The notes beneath the pieces were generated by a model. That model ran no database searches and was not told the DNA's origin. It worked only from the letters and a program-made list of their open reading frames with translations. A DNA stretch of 64,000 bases, taken from the NCBI GenBank assembly GCA_965235115.1, contig OZ249436.1, positions 59,954,001 to 60,018,000 on the forward strand, given 5' to 3'. Origin of the DNA: Laetmonice hystrix (lineage: Eukaryota). Below, piece after piece: positions 63,828-64,000 of this stretch. Position 1 is the first letter of the stretch. Every line of letters begins with the position of its first letter. Both the position numbers and the translations under genes were made by a program.

Positions 63828-64000
63828 TTAGTGCGTCAAGAAGAAGAATTGCGACAAGAAGAGGAGGCCTACTATGAGGCCAAACGGGAGGCTGCTCGCG
63901 CAGCCAAAAACAACAGAAACAAAGAAATAACAGCTAAGCCATCTTCTGGCTCGGCTTCGACTAATACAGCCCCGAACGCATGGCTTGGCGACGAGAACGA
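63828..64000 (+). CDS. AP1AR: AP1AR-like coding exon, phase 0, running off the window: LVRQEEELRQEEEAYYEAKREAARAAKNNRNKEITAKPSSGSASTNTAPNAWLGDEN
   Basis: attctctctgtgttttcag|TTAGTGCGT. Strong match to the recalled AP1AR segment LALQEEKLRLEEEALYAAQREAARAAK. The frame is open to the window end. Confidence 0.93.

Larger units (their letters stand above)
4197..64000 (+). other. AP1AR: Span of an AP1AR (gadkin)-like gene: five internal coding exons, with exon 1 and the 3' end outside the window
   Basis: All five exons have AG acceptors and the four complete ones have GT donors, with compatible phases (2-0, 0-0, 0-2, 2-0, 0-). The spliced product carries the AP1AR landmarks KY.RT, IE-FENL and QEE.LR.EEEA.Y.A.REAARAAK. 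Introns: 4246-6016 (1771 bp), 6038-36561 (30524 bp), 36588-63189 (26602 bp), 63287-63827 (541 bp). Confidence 0.88.

Overview
This is eukaryotic (animal, probably marine invertebrate) genomic DNA, not prokaryotic: I found no rRNA, tRNA, CRISPR array or operon. From 4197 to the window end the sequence lies inside one + strand spliced gene, a homolog of AP1AR (gadkin/gamma-BAR), which the ORF track essentially misses. Five coding exons splice in frame: 4197-4245 (49 nt), 6017-6037 (21 nt), 36562-36587 (26 nt), 63190-63286 (97 nt) and 63828 to the window end. They give xKYLRTRYNVERDFSIE|FENLMDD|ETQQEEMTN|VVTARERELVKDNCFHHLVQEQRQIDREIDAQ|LVRQEEELRQEEEAYYEAKREAARAAKNNRNKEITAKPSSGSASTNTAPNAWLGDEN. 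The 26-nt micro-exon sits between introns of 30.5 kb and 26.6 kb. Exon 1 is probably upstream of the window. The rest is mobile and repetitive DNA: the intact 3' end and LTR of a BEL/Pao retrotransposon, a decayed Gypsy pol, pogo and CR1-like remnants, a tRNA-derived SINE with a 13-bp target-site duplication (TSD), MITE-like elements, 46-bp and 58-bp minisatellites (source of most long ORFs in the track) and a 131-N gap. I found no convincing evidence for a new multi-gene system. The best leads are the micro-exon/giant-intron architecture and a 339-bp insertion carrying nuclear-receptor and CTCF-like motifs whose empty site is visible nearby. All homology calls are motif recognition from memory, not database searches.
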